A stretch of DNA of 64,000 bases from Dehalococcoidia bacterium (GCA_965207225.1 CBDBLV010000002.1:192001-256000); one strand, 5' to 3'. Positions 26,974-37,655 are shown, counted from the first letter of the stretch. Made by a program: numbers and translations. The notes: a model not told the origin generated them from the letters alone.

Positions 26974-28623
26974 ATGACAAATCACAGGAGCAACGGATCG
27001 AGTGAGTGGGACGCCATCGTAGTCGGGGGCGGTCACAACGGTCTCGTTTGCGCTGCGTATCTCGGCAAGGCCGGCCTCCGGGTCCTCGTCCTCGAGTCTC
27101 GTGAAGTCTTCGGGGGCCCCAGCGGCAGCTTTGAATTCATGCCCGGCTACACTGCCAGCTTCTCCAACTCACCGGGCTCCCTCGAGACCAGGGTAGTGGA
27201 GGAGCTCGACCTTGCAGACGCCGGACTCCGCTTCCTTCGCTCCGACCCCACGGTAATCCAGTTCTTCCCCGAACATCCCTTCGTCGTGTGGCGGGACATG
27301 AACAGGGTATGTGCCCAGCTCGACGCCCTCTGCCCCGGCGAGGGTAACCGATACCGCGGGTTCGTCGCCAAGCTGGAGGACTTCGCCACCAAGCTGAGGA
27401 CCTCGATTTTCAGGCCGGCGCCCGGCCTCGCCTACATGGCCGCTGGCCTTACATCAGACGAAGACAAAGATACGTTCGATCAAGTATTCCACGGCAGCCT
27501 GAGCGAGATTCTCTACAGGCACCTCAGGACCAACGAGGCCCGCACCCTGCTCGGCCTTCTCGCTTCCAACTCCGGCATGGTCCCCCAGTCGGCGCCCGGC
27601 ACCGCTACCGGCCTCATCCTCCGCCCCCTGGCCCTCGCATCCGCAGCTTCCCTACCCAGCGACGATTTTCGACGCATGCCCCTCCGCGGCTCCACGGGGC
27701 ACCCCATCGGCGGTATGGGCGCGATTATTGATGCGATAACGGCCCGCTGCCGAGGCTTCGGAGGGAGCCTTAAACTCGACACCCGGGTTGCACGAATACT
27801 TCACTCCGGAGGTCGGGCCCGCGGCGTAGAATGCGAGAACGGCGCGGTCTACACCGCACCCATAGTAGTATCCGCCATCAACCCCAAGACTCTATTCGGC
27901 AAGCTGCTGGACGACGATGCCGTTGGCTCGCAGATGAGGGATGAAGTCAGCCGAATCCCGATGCGCGGCGCAGCCTTCAAGATGGCCCTCGCATTAGACG
28001 GGGTACCTTCCTATGCGGGTCTCCCTGATGATCTCTCCCAAGAACAGGCTTCAACCTGCCAGATACGTGTTGCCGCATCGATGGAGCACATCGAGGAGTC
28101 CACTGTCGGCGCCATAGCCGGGTACCCTTCTGAAACTCCGATAATTTGGGGCCTCATCCCCTCCGTCGTTTCCCCAGACTTGACCCCTACCGGCAAGCAC
28201 ATAATGAGCTGGAATATCTGGCACGCCCCCTACGATCTGGCTGAAGGTACATGGGACGAGGAAAAAGACAAGTTCGCCAAGCGGTGCATAGAGACCGTGA
28301 CCCGCTACATGCCAGACCTACCGGACCACATCATCGACTATCGAGCCTTCAGCCCCTTGGACTGCGAAGCCGAATTGGGCATCATAGGCTCCAACATCAC
28401 CCACGGCGAAATGCTTCCCCACAACCTCTTCGGCCCCAGACCCCACCGCCTTGCCAACGACTACCGCACTCCCCTCAAGGGCCTCTATCTTACGGGTGGA
28501 GGCGTATGGCCGGGTGGTTTTGTCACCGGCGTCCCGGGCCGCAACACCAGCCAGGCGGTGCTGGCCGACCTCCGATGGGAACAGGATCGCTCAGCACCTC
28601 TCGCCGAAGCAGTGACCGGCTAG
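26974..28623 (+). CDS. Phytoene-desaturase-like FAD-dependent oxidoreductase
   Basis: VGGGHNGL, GGMGAI, YRTPLKGLYL.G...PGG.VTG.PG.N. Confidence 0.88.
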   Translation: MTNHRSNGSSEWDAIVVGGGHNGLVCAAYLGKAGLRVLVLESREVFGGPSGSFEFMPGYTASFSNSPGSLETRVVEELDLADAGLRFLRSDPTVIQFFPEHPFVVWRDMNRVCAQLDALCPGEGNRYRGFVAKLEDFATKLRTSIFRPAPGLAYMAAGLTSDEDKDTFDQVFHGSLSEILYRHLRTNEARTLLGLLASNSGMVPQSAPGTATGLILRPLALASAASLPSDDFRRMPLRGSTGHPIGGMGAIIDAITARCRGFGGSLKLDTRVARILHSGGRARGVECENGAVYTAPIVVSAINPKTLFGKLLDDDAVGSQMRDEVSRIPMRGAAFKMALALDGVPSYAGLPDDLSQEQASTCQIRVAASMEHIEESTVGAIAGYPSETPIIWGLIPSVVSPDLTPTGKHIMSWNIWHAPYDLAEGTWDEEKDKFAKRCIETVTRYMPDLPDHIIDYRAFSPLDCEAELGIIGSNITHGEMLPHNLFGPRPHRLANDYRTPLKGLYLTGGGVWPGGFVTGVPGRNTSQAVLADLRWEQDRSAPLAEAVTG

Positions 28624-28721
28624 CGGTCACCGCCTTCTAGCCCCGACGCCCTATAGCCTCCATCCCCGACCGTCTTTACAATACCGACCATTACGGTAAA
28701 CTTTCCCTTCGTTCCCATTCT

Positions 28722-28812
<91 letters not shown>

Positions 28813-28899
28813 CCCGATAAACGACCCTAAGCCCCTCGGCCCCAGACCCCCGTACCTGAATCAGTTCGCAATGTCAGCCACTAATGTCTTGAAAGGGAT

Positions 28900-30051
28900 A
28901 TGGTGCCGCCCATGCCCATAACTAGCTTGATTTCCGCAGATTCCCACGTAGTTGAGCCCCCTGACCTTTGGCAACTCCGCATCGATGACAAATTCAAAGA
29001 CGCCGCTCCGAGGCTCGTCGAGTACGACGGCGTACATCGTTGGGTTGTAGGTGGAGACGTGAACCTGGGCTCCCTGGGCGCTCCTTCCCAGGCGGGCCGC
29101 CGGTATTCCGGGCTTGAAGGCCTCGGACTCGGCGCCCGTATGGAAGAAGTCCCCGAGGCTTCATACGACCCTGCAGCGAGACTGGAAGCTATGGCTGTCG
29201 ACGGCGTCGAGGCTGAAGTGGTCTACTCTACCATCGGCACCAGAATCTATACGTCAACAGTCGGTGGGGAGTTGATGTCCGCGTGCTTCCGAGCGATGAA
29301 CGATTGGTCAGCGGAGTTCGTAGAGGCCTATCCCCAAAAGCTAGCCGGGACAGCCTTGATCAACATCGAAGACGTGGATGATGCTGTAACCGAGCTTGAG
29401 AGGTCCGCCCGACTCGGCCTGCGCGCAGCAGCCATACCCACCTACCCCGGCGACGAGGCGCCTTACCGAATGCCGTCATATGACAAGTTTTGGGATGCCG
29501 CTCAGCGCCTGGGCATCCCTCTTGGAATGCACGCCGGCTCCGAGCGCCCGGGGCCCGGTAGGTTCAGCATCGGCGATTTTGTGATGCCGGAGCAGAAGTC
29601 CGGCGACGCCTCTTTCAGGTCCACCTATCACTATTGGGCGATGCGCTCTGTCGCAGACATGGTATTCGCAGGAGTCTTCGAGCGATACCCGGACCTCCGG
29701 CTTGCCGTTGTGGAGCACGATGTCGGCTGGGCGCCCCACTTCATTCGCCGCATGGATATGACTTACGCAGAGCACCGCTATGTCACCGAAATCCACTTCG
29801 ATAACGACGCCCTCCCCAGCGACTTCATCCGCCGCAACGTCTACTTCACCTTCATGGAAGACCCGATATTTGTGCCGCTGCTTTCCTTTGTGGGCGCTGA
29901 TAGGGTAATGTGGGGGTCGGACTACCCCCATCGGGAATCGACTTGGCCCAGGTCTCGCCAAGTGCTGGACCAGGTGCTCCAATACCTTTCGGATGAAGAG
30001 CGAAGACGGATAACTCACACCAATGCCGCAGAACTCTATGGATTGGGATAA
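28900..30051 (+). CDS. Amidohydrolase_2 family protein
   Basis: ISADSH, PLGMH, MWGSDYPH. Confidence 0.9.
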   Translation: MVPPMPITSLISADSHVVEPPDLWQLRIDDKFKDAAPRLVEYDGVHRWVVGGDVNLGSLGAPSQAGRRYSGLEGLGLGARMEEVPEASYDPAARLEAMAVDGVEAEVVYSTIGTRIYTSTVGGELMSACFRAMNDWSAEFVEAYPQKLAGTALINIEDVDDAVTELERSARLGLRAAAIPTYPGDEAPYRMPSYDKFWDAAQRLGIPLGMHAGSERPGPGRFSIGDFVMPEQKSGDASFRSTYHYWAMRSVADMVFAGVFERYPDLRLAVVEHDVGWAPHFIRRMDMTYAEHRYVTEIHFDNDALPSDFIRRNVYFTFMEDPIFVPLLSFVGADRVMWGSDYPHRESTWPRSRQVLDQVLQYLSDEERRRITHTNAAELYGLG

Positions 30052-30071
30052 CCTGACAGGAGAAGACTGAA

Positions 30072-30593
30072 ATGCTTGAAGTGGAGAACATCAAAAAGAG
30101 CTTTGACAACAAGTTCACCCGGCAGTTTGGCTTTCCCAAGAAGAGGCCGGCCACCAAGGTCAAGCCCTATATGTCGGACAAGGAAATGGAGTTCGTGCGG
30201 GAATCTCCCTTCCTGGTTATGGCCACTAGCGGCGCTGACGGCACCTGCGATGCCTCTCCCAAGGGCGGCAAGCCTGGCTTCGTCAAAGTCCTCGACGAGA
30301 CCCGCCTCCTCATCCCGGACGTCGCCGGCAACCGGCTGTTCCAGTCTTACCTCAACATGACCGACAACCCCCACATCGGCCTCATCTTCTTTATCCCGGG
30401 AATTACAGATACCGTACGCGTCAACGGGAAGTCCGAATTCGTAACAAAAGAGGAGCTCAAGAGCCTGGAAATCGAGCTGGAGGTCCACAACCCTGACGAC
30501 AACTCCAAGGTCCAGCAGGGCATCCTGGTCACCGTGGAGGAAGCCTACGGCCACTGCCCCCGGGCCCTGAACTTCTCCAAACTCTGGGGTTGA
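30072..30593 (+). CDS. Pyridoxamine 5'-phosphate oxidase-like split-barrel flavin-binding protein
   Basis: CDASPKGG.PGFV, IPD..GNRL, GLIFFIPG, HCPRAL..SKLW. Confidence 0.85.
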   Translation: MLEVENIKKSFDNKFTRQFGFPKKRPATKVKPYMSDKEMEFVRESPFLVMATSGADGTCDASPKGGKPGFVKVLDETRLLIPDVAGNRLFQSYLNMTDNPHIGLIFFIPGITDTVRVNGKSEFVTKEELKSLEIELEVHNPDDNSKVQQGILVTVEEAYGHCPRALNFSKLWG

Positions 30594-30646
30594 CCCGGCC
30601 CCTCCTCCCTTCCGTCCCCACATCGCTAAAGCACTCGAGGACTCAA

Positions 30647-30904
30647 ATGTCGTTTGCCGAAATTCTGGGTACCGCCGGCGTCAGCATGATTCTTGTTGGG
30701 TTCACCCTCAACCTGTTTGGCATTATGCAACGGCGCTCTTACAAATACGTGCTGCTTAACCTTGTGGGAGGTGCGCTTGCCTGCACGGCCTCCATCCTCA
30801 TCGAGTTCTTCCCCTTCGTGATCCTGGAAGGGACTTGGACTGTTGTGGCCGTGGTCGGCTTGGCAAACCTGCTGCGGTCCCGAAACGTCAGAGAGCAGGC
30901 GTAG
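30647..30904 (+). CDS. Small membrane protein (CBU_0592-like)
   Basis: Three TM helices, 'YVLLNLVGG...PFVILEGTW'. Confidence 0.7.
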   Translation: MSFAEILGTAGVSMILVGFTLNLFGIMQRRSYKYVLLNLVGGALACTASILIEFFPFVILEGTWTVVAVVGLANLLRSRNVREQA

Positions 30905-30990
30905 ACCTTGCCCCGACTCACTCCCGTGTTTCTACGTCGTATCCCTCAGGCAACGAATAAGGACCTCCGCGTGAATCGGGGCCCGAGCCA

Positions 30991-32235
30991 GTGACTTACT
31001 CCTACGCCCCCACCCCCACCTATCCCCGCTACCGATGGGTTGTTCTGACGTCCTGGATGCTGCCCCATCTCTGGAGCTTCGTCTTCCTCTCCAGCCTGGG
31101 ACTCATGCTGCCCAGCATCAGGGAGGAACTTGGACTTACCGGTATTCAAGAAGGCCTGTTGGGAGGGGCATCCCAGCTGGCCAACATCCTCCTTGCAGTC
31201 CCCTTCGGCTGGTTCCTCAGCCGCTTCAACCCCAAGCACATCACCACTATCAGCCTGTTCTGCGCAGCCACCCTCATCTTCTTCCAGGCCTGGGCGCCCT
31301 TCTACATCCTGCTGCTCCTGGGCAGGTTCCTCTACGGCGTCACCGCCGTCGCCCGAGAACCAGCCTGGGTCATGCTCATCCGCCGCTGGGTTCCGCCTCG
31401 GGAGATCGTAATTGCCAACACCATGGGTAACTTCATGTGGGGGTTCGTGGCCCTGGGCATTATGGCCGTGCCCCTGCTAATCAGGATACTCGACGATAGC
31501 TGGCGCAACGCATCCTACGTTATTGGACTGAGCCTACTCGTCCTGAACCTTGGGTGGCTATTCCTGGGCCGGGACGGCAAGAACCTGGAAACCGCCGTAC
31601 AGGCCCCGACCGAACGCATAAACCCCTTCGCAATCGTCAGGCGCCACAAGGAGCTTTGGCTTCTTGCCTTCGGCATGTTCGGCCACGGGATCAATTTCAC
31701 GGGCTTCTCTACCTTCTGGCCCAGCTTCCGCTTGGACCATTTTGGGATGTCGGAACTCGAGTCCTCGGTGGTCATGGGTATCGGAGGCCTCTTCACTTCC
31801 TTCACCGGGCTCAGCGTCGGATTGTACGTGAGCCGCAAGGGGGGCAAGCGGACGGTGCTCATGTTGTCCGGGATCATCCTCGCTGCCTCAGAGATGGGAC
31901 TGCTCTGGGTAGGGCCCTTGTGGATCCTGGTCCTGCTATTTGTGGTGCAGAGCCTCGGCTGGACCTTCTTCCCCGCCGCCACCACCATCCCCTACGAACT
32001 CCCGGGCATCAAGCCCCGGGAAACCGTAGTAGCCATCTCCGCCCTCTTCATGTCCCTCTGGGGTGGCGCCTTCTTTGGCCCGATCATCTCCGGCGTTATC
32101 CAGGACCTCACCTCTGACGTCCGCCTGGCCATCACTATCACCAGCGTGGCCCCACTGTTCATGACCGCCGCCGCCCTTTTGCTATCCAAAAAGTGGAACC
32201 TGCCTCCCTCCGCCGATCGCCCCTCCCCCGACTAG
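30991..32235 (+). CDS. MFS transporter
   Basis: About 12 TM helices; 'LPSIREELGL', 'GRFLYG'. Confidence 0.88.
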   Translation: MTYSYAPTPTYPRYRWVVLTSWMLPHLWSFVFLSSLGLMLPSIREELGLTGIQEGLLGGASQLANILLAVPFGWFLSRFNPKHITTISLFCAATLIFFQAWAPFYILLLLGRFLYGVTAVAREPAWVMLIRRWVPPREIVIANTMGNFMWGFVALGIMAVPLLIRILDDSWRNASYVIGLSLLVLNLGWLFLGRDGKNLETAVQAPTERINPFAIVRRHKELWLLAFGMFGHGINFTGFSTFWPSFRLDHFGMSELESSVVMGIGGLFTSFTGLSVGLYVSRKGGKRTVLMLSGIILAASEMGLLWVGPLWILVLLFVVQSLGWTFFPAATTIPYELPGIKPRETVVAISALFMSLWGGAFFGPIISGVIQDLTSDVRLAITITSVAPLFMTAAALLLSKKWNLPPSADRPSPD

Positions 32236-32243
32236 CCCACCTC

Positions 32244-33230
32244 TCACCCCACCTTTGCCATCACATCTTTGGCGAAGGACTCAACCTGCTCCATCATCTC
32301 CGGTATCGAGTCACCTGCTATGTGCAGCGCATTCACGTGGTCGATGCCATTGTTCCTTACTCTGCTGATCTTCTCCCCCACCTCATCCACGGTCCCAATC
32401 CAGTTCTGCTCAACGATGGAGTCCAGAGAAAAGCCTTTAGCCAGACGGAACTGTCCTTGTAGGCTGTTACGGTAGTGCTCCACGGCTTCCTCGTGGGTCG
32501 CTCCTAGGCTTAGCTCGCCCTCCGCGATAACGTGGACCTCATCCAGGCTCCTGCCTTGCTCCTCCAGCAAAGGCTCAAGCTCGTCAATCGCGCTTCGCCC
32601 TGCCGCTCCCGCGGTAAAAAGCCCGTTCCCCCACTTCGCAATCCGTTGCAGTGCATCCGGGTTCCGACCTGGTGCGTAAATGGGCAGAGGGTTCTGCACA
32701 GGCTTTGGATATACCTCTACGTCCCTGAACTCCACGTACTTTCCGGAATAGCTGACCGTCCGCTGCGAATGGTCAAACAGGTGGTGAAGGGCCTCCATTT
32801 TCTCATCCAGCATGCGGCCCCGGTGTGCCTTCCGCATCCTGGGCTGGATCATTTCGTATTCCGCCCGGTTCCCTAGCCCAATCCCGAAGGCAACCCTGCC
32901 ATTGCTGAAATGGTCCAGAGTCGTGATCTGACGGGCCAGAATTACCGGGTCCCGATAGGGAATCAGTATTACCCCCGTGCCCAGCTTTATCTTCTCTGTA
33001 ACCGCGGCCAGGTACGACAGAGACACGATGAGCTCATACCAGTTGGGTGGATCGGGGTCTTGAATAGGCGAGACGCCCGGGGCGAGGGTCATGAAATCGG
33101 TTCCCCACACAGTGTGATATCCCAGCTTCTCGGCGTCCTGCACGATTTTGACGATCTCCTGCGGCCCTGCAAATGGAACTGGAACGAACACAGCCTCTCG
33201 GCTGGTCGGGATTTCCATGTCGTACTTCAT
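32244..33230 (-). CDS. LLM-class flavin/F420-dependent oxidoreductase
   Basis: AEKLGYHTVW, IKLGTGV, LDHFSNGR, PKPVQ; start at ATG 33230 after GGAGG. Confidence 0.9.
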   Translation of the reverse strand: MKYDMEIPTSREAVFVPVPFAGPQEIVKIVQDAEKLGYHTVWGTDFMTLAPGVSPIQDPDPPNWYELIVSLSYLAAVTEKIKLGTGVILIPYRDPVILARQITTLDHFSNGRVAFGIGLGNRAEYEMIQPRMRKAHRGRMLDEKMEALHHLFDHSQRTVSYSGKYVEFRDVEVYPKPVQNPLPIYAPGRNPDALQRIAKWGNGLFTAGAAGRSAIDELEPLLEEQGRSLDEVHVIAEGELSLGATHEEAVEHYRNSLQGQFRLAKGFSLDSIVEQNWIGTVDEVGEKISRVRNNGIDHVNALHIAGDSIPEMMEQVESFAKDVMAKVG

Positions 33231-33370
33231 AAAGACATTCCTCCGGGATATGGTGCTTAAGTGCCTCGAACGGGGGGATGGCCCGATTCTATTGACGGCA
33301 TTAGAGCCCGTCAATCGTACTATAATGCGTCCATTACACCGATATATTCTCATCTCCGGAGGTAGACCAA

Positions 33371-34468
33371 ATGGCACAAATGAAAGTGATTTCCGGCGAC
33401 TCCCATGTCCAGGAACCAAGAGAGATGTACACTGGACGTTTACCCGAGGAATACTTGGCCAGGCTCCCTCACTTCATAGAAGAGGACGGTGCCAAATACC
33501 GCGTAGTCGAGGGCCGAAAGCCTCGACGCTTGGACATCGCCGAGGCACGGGAGACCGAGGAAGACCAGATGCGGGAGTTCCGGGATGATAAGTCCGGCGG
33601 CCGAGACATCGAACACCGCCTCGCAGACCTTGAACTGGATGGCATCTACGGAGAGGTCGTCTACCCCAACGAGACCCTCGGCGTCCACCAGTCCCCCGAC
33701 CCCGCCTACCAGTTTGCCATCGCTCAGGCCTACAACGACTGGGCCATCGACCTCTTCCGAGACCACCTCCACCGTATCGCACCTGTCGGGGTCATTCCCA
33801 TCACGGACATCGCCGCCGCAGTTAAGGAGGTGGAGAGGGTCGGTAAGATGGGCTACAAGGCAGTGAAGATTCCCATTGCGGTCAGGGGTCGACCCTACAA
33901 CCAGCCCGAGTACGAACCCCTCTGGCAGGCCATCGACGATGCGGGTCTCGTCCTCAACCTCCATGCCTTTACCGACGCAAATGACAATTACCCCGAAGAC
34001 TGGGGCCAGGAGGAGGGTTTCGGCGGGGCGCTCAACTTCATGGTAATGAGCATGGCCGCGGGTCAGGAGCCCGCTTCAATGCTCATCAGCTCCGGCATGC
34101 TGGAGCGGCATCCGAACATCAACCTCGGCGTCATAGAATGCGGCGCCGGGTGGCTTGCTTGGCTTCTCTATGTTCTGGATGAGCAGGCAGAGAAAAAGCA
34201 CATGTGGATTTCTCCCAAGCTCGCCATGAAGCCCAGCGAGTACTTCCGGCGACAGGGTCATGTCACCTTCGGCGACGACCCCGTGGCCCTGCTCACCATC
34301 CCTGTCCTAGGCGATGATTGCTTGGTCTGGGGCAGCGACTACCCCCACGATGAAGGCACCTTCCCCAACTCCCAGGAAGTCATAGAAAGAACCTTCCAGA
34401 CCGTCAGCGAGGAATCCAAGCGCAAGATTGTCTACGACAACGCCGCCCGCATCTACGGGATTGGTTAG
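33371..34468 (+). CDS. Amidohydrolase_2 family protein
   Basis: ISGDSH, LNLH, ECGAGW, VWGSDYPH. Confidence 0.9.
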   Translation: MAQMKVISGDSHVQEPREMYTGRLPEEYLARLPHFIEEDGAKYRVVEGRKPRRLDIAEARETEEDQMREFRDDKSGGRDIEHRLADLELDGIYGEVVYPNETLGVHQSPDPAYQFAIAQAYNDWAIDLFRDHLHRIAPVGVIPITDIAAAVKEVERVGKMGYKAVKIPIAVRGRPYNQPEYEPLWQAIDDAGLVLNLHAFTDANDNYPEDWGQEEGFGGALNFMVMSMAAGQEPASMLISSGMLERHPNINLGVIECGAGWLAWLLYVLDEQAEKKHMWISPKLAMKPSEYFRRQGHVTFGDDPVALLTIPVLGDDCLVWGSDYPHDEGTFPNSQEVIERTFQTVSEESKRKIVYDNAARIYGIG

Positions 34469-34557
34469 CGTGGACAGCAGCGTTTAGCGAGCGCCCGGCT
34501 TCATGTTGCCAGCAACTATAATGTAGGTAGAATCCGCAAAATGGCAGGGAGAGGAAA

Positions 34558-34908
34558 ATGAGCTTCGTGGTGCTGACTTTTCAGTTCGAGCCGGAGGACG
34601 ATGGCTGGTTTGGCAAGTGCGTGGAGTTGGGTACGGCGACCTCGGCTAAATCAATGGCGCAGTTGGAGGAGGAGCTGAGAGACCTGGTGGGCCTCCATTT
34701 GATTACCCTGCAAGAGACCGGACGGCTGGCGCAGGTGCTTGAAGGCTGGGGAGTAAAGTTGTATGCAGACATGCCTACGGAAACGTCTACAAACTTGCCG
34801 GTAAGCCCGTGGGGCAATGGCCGGGCACTGTGCCTTTTCCAGCCACAGATGTTCAGTCTGCCGGCAATGCCGAATTCATCTCCTGTCGTAGCTTCTCTTC
34901 ATGGTTGA
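34558..34908 (+). CDS. HicB-like antitoxin
   Basis: 'EDDGWFGKCVELGTATSAKS..QLEEELRDLV' partial RNase H-like HicB pattern; overlaps the downstream HicA-like gene. Confidence 0.65.
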   Translation: MSFVVLTFQFEPEDDGWFGKCVELGTATSAKSMAQLEEELRDLVGLHLITLQETGRLAQVLEGWGVKLYADMPTETSTNLPVSPWGNGRALCLFQPQMFSLPAMPNSSPVVASLHG

Positions 34909-35158
34909 CCTTCCTGCACTGTCATCTAGAGAACTAATGAATCTTTTGCGATATGTCGGGTGGGAAGAAGGACGAAATACCAGGCACGGCGTTGCGTTCA
35001 AGAAGCGGATTGAAGGCGAGATAAGATCAACGATTATCCCCTACAATCGTAAGTCTCTGGGGATGAAGACTCTTCAGCAGATACTGGGGAAACAGCAGAC
35101 CGGGATAGGCAGGCAGGGATTATTTGATCTTTTGGAAAGGCGTAGGCGGGGCTGCTAG
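34901..35158 (+). CDS. HicA-like mRNA interferase toxin
   Basis: 'LPALSSRELMNLL...GW...H...TIIP...L..KTLQQIL'. Confidence 0.7.
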   Translation: MVDLPALSSRELMNLLRYVGWEEGRNTRHGVAFKKRIEGEIRSTIIPYNRKSLGMKTLQQILGKQQTGIGRQGLFDLLERRRRGC

Positions 35159-35230
35159 GGTAAAGAAGAGTAAGATCGACCAATCATGCTGATTTGCTAG
35201 TACCACTGCAAACAGTACGCCAAAATCAGA

Positions 35231-35650
35231 TCAATTCAGCAAGCGAGGCCCTTCAGGTTCCACCAGCACTGCCCCTCTCATACGCGAAAGTTTGCGGTCT
35301 AAGGTGTACAAAGGTCCCGTTCCCGCCCGCACCGCCGCTGACAGAATCATCAGGTCCGCGAACTCGGCCCCTCCCTCTCCGTACCGATACGCTGCCGCAG
35401 CCACTTCCTCCGAACGCTCAACCACGATGCTTTCCGACGCCGTCAGTTCCACCAGCGTCTCCGAAATTTGAGCGCGGGAGAATCGGTAGACCCGTTTCAG
35501 CACCCACGCTATCTCCACTATGGACTCCCGGCATATGAAACCCGGGTTCTCGGAGGTCAACCCCTCTACCAGCCCTCGCGCCGCCTCCGCCTGCTCCAGG
35601 TTGTCCCGCACGAGGTAGCGTACAATCACGTTTGTGTCGAGTGCGACCAT
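35231..35650 (-). CDS. vapC: VapC-type PIN-domain toxin
   Basis: ALDTNVIVRYL, E..WVL, FAD..I, LYTLD. Confidence 0.9.
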   Translation of the reverse strand: MVALDTNVIVRYLVRDNLEQAEAARGLVEGLTSENPGFICRESIVEIAWVLKRVYRFSRAQISETLVELTASESIVVERSEEVAAAAYRYGEGGAEFADLMILSAAVRAGTGPLYTLDRKLSRMRGAVLVEPEGPRLLN

Positions 35651-35880
35651 CTTTCGGCGGCCTCCTCGGCTATGGCCCTGTCCATGGTCTCAAGTGTCGC
35701 GGGCGGGCCGTCGTATTGTAGTCTGCCGTATAGTTGGCCGATGGGCCTTACGGGCATAATCAGTACCCCATGGTCCAGGATGACGTAGCGCACTTTGTCT
35801 CCTGCCTTCACCGCCAGAGACTCTCTGATGGCCTTCGGCAATGTCGTTTGCCCTTTCACGGTTATGCTGGATTCGAACAT
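35626..35880 (-). CDS. AbrB/MazE-type antitoxin
   Basis: MFESSITVKGQTTLPKAIRESL..KAGDKV. Confidence 0.88.
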   Translation of the reverse strand: MFESSITVKGQTTLPKAIRESLAVKAGDKVRYVILDHGVLIMPVRPIGQLYGRLQYDGPPATLETMDRAIAEEAAERWSHSTQT

Positions 35881-36035
35881 GGCAATCTCTCTCAGGTGAT
35901 GATCCTTCTTCCGCCTTGTATTGTACACGAAAGTAATGCTAAGCATCAAATAGTAAGGTTGTGCGTCCGCGGTTGACATTTACATTATCATGTCCCTGTT
36001 CAGCAATTGGATCTCATAGCACCATCAACACTGCC

Positions 36036-36377
36036 ATGCCGATATACGAATACGGATGCAAACAGTGCGCGGGCCTGACCAGCTACTTCACCCGCAAATA
36101 CGAAATTCCGGACAGCGTGGACTGCGATAACTGCGGGAGCGGCGATACTTGGAAGCTCGTTTCCCTCAGCAACTACCGGTTCCCGACCAAGCACAAGTAC
36201 AGCGAGGACTTCGTTGAGAAGTCCATGCCCTTTCTCAAGAGCCGCAAGGAACTAAAGGGCGTCTTCGAAAAAGAAACCGGTGAGTCCGACGAGGCCAAGG
36301 CCATGAAGATGAGCGACCAGATCGGCTCCCAGATCGACCGAGTCATCCACAAACAGCTATCGGATATGAATAGATAG
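36036..36377 (+). CDS. FmdB-family zinc-ribbon protein with C-terminal extension
   Basis: MPIYEYGCKQC...CDNCGS. Confidence 0.8.
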   Translation: MPIYEYGCKQCAGLTSYFTRKYEIPDSVDCDNCGSGDTWKLVSLSNYRFPTKHKYSEDFVEKSMPFLKSRKELKGVFEKETGESDEAKAMKMSDQIGSQIDRVIHKQLSDMNR

Positions 36378-36452
36378 CTGGACTACCATCCGCACCCTCG
36401 CCAAATAGCTGATGTATTGCGTCAGCGATTCTTCTAGGTGTGCAATCGAGGC

Positions 36453-37655
36453 CTAAACAACTCCCCACCCCGCCAGCTCCCCGACCTTCGCCTCGTCGTA
36501 GCCCAGGATCTCCTTCAGCACCTCAGCGGTGTGCTGTCCCAACAGCGGCGCTGCCGTAACCGTTGTCGGGGAGTCCGACATCTGGATCGGTGACCCCAAC
36601 GTCCTGAATTTCCCCAGCTTGGGATGGTCGATGTCCACAATCATCCCCCGCTCCATCAAGTGCGGGTCCGAGTGGATGTCCTGCGGATTCAGGCACGCCC
36701 CAACTATCGCTCCGGCACTGCCCAGGATGTTCATAACTTCATGCTTGGTATGCTTCGTTGTCCAGTTTTCGATCATCTCCGTTATTTCGTCGTTGTATTC
36801 CCATCGTTTCCTGGAGTCTGAGTACCGCTCATCCCCTATCAGGTCCTCTCTACCTATGGTCTTCAGGATAATCTCCCAGGCCCCGACCGGTCCCTCATCC
36901 GCGTATATGAAGGCGTAGTCGTCTGGACCACCCGGGGCGCACTTGTACACCCAGGACGGCGCCTTGCCCCGGTGATATGAGCCCCGGATATGGATGTCGG
37001 GGTCTTCGTAGTAGCGCATCATCCCAACCCTGGCGAAGTTCACCATGGCGTCCTGCATCGATACCTCGATGCTCTGCCCTCGCCCCGTCCGCTCCCTCTG
37101 GTATAGCGCCGCGGTGATTCCCAGTGCCGCGTGGTACCCCGTCCCGATATCCCCGAATGACACGCTGATTGGGAGCGGAGGCCCGTCCGGATAGCCGTTG
37201 GTGACATAGCACCCTCCCGTGGCCTGGGCCACCATATCGAAGGCCTTGAAGTGGCTGTAAGGACCGTAGGTCCCGAAACCCTTCAGCCTCATCAATATGA
37301 CTCTCGGGTTCACCGCCGAGAGCACCTCGTATCCCAGACCCAACCTTTCCAAGGTACCGGGCCCCATGTTCTCCGCCACCACGTCGGCCTGTTTCAGAAG
37401 GTCGAAGAATATTGCCTTGCCCGTATCCGACTTCAGGTTAAGCGTGATGCTTCGTTTGTTGCAGTTGAGGATGATGAAATAGTAGCTGTCTACATCATTC
37501 TTCTTGGGAGTGCTCTGGCGGCCGGGATCGCCGCGCCCGGGAGCCTCCACCTTTATAACGTCCGCCCCTAGCCATGCCAGGGCCTGGGTACAGGTAGTGC
37601 CCGCTTCATATTGCGTGAGGTCCAGGATCCGAACGTCTTTGAGTGCCTGGTCCAT
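36453..37655 (-). CDS. Class III CoA-transferase (formyl-CoA transferase-like)
   Basis: LDLTQYEAGTTCTQALAWLGADVIKVE, NCNKRS, GDIGTG. Confidence 0.9.
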   Translation of the reverse strand: MDQALKDVRILDLTQYEAGTTCTQALAWLGADVIKVEAPGRGDPGRQSTPKKNDVDSYYFIILNCNKRSITLNLKSDTGKAIFFDLLKQADVVAENMGPGTLERLGLGYEVLSAVNPRVILMRLKGFGTYGPYSHFKAFDMVAQATGGCYVTNGYPDGPPLPISVSFGDIGTGYHAALGITAALYQRERTGRGQSIEVSMQDAMVNFARVGMMRYYEDPDIHIRGSYHRGKAPSWVYKCAPGGPDDYAFIYADEGPVGAWEIILKTIGREDLIGDERYSDSRKRWEYNDEITEMIENWTTKHTKHEVMNILGSAGAIVGACLNPQDIHSDPHLMERGMIVDIDHPKLGKFRTLGSPIQMSDSPTTVTAAPLLGQHTAEVLKEILGYDEAKVGELAGWGVV

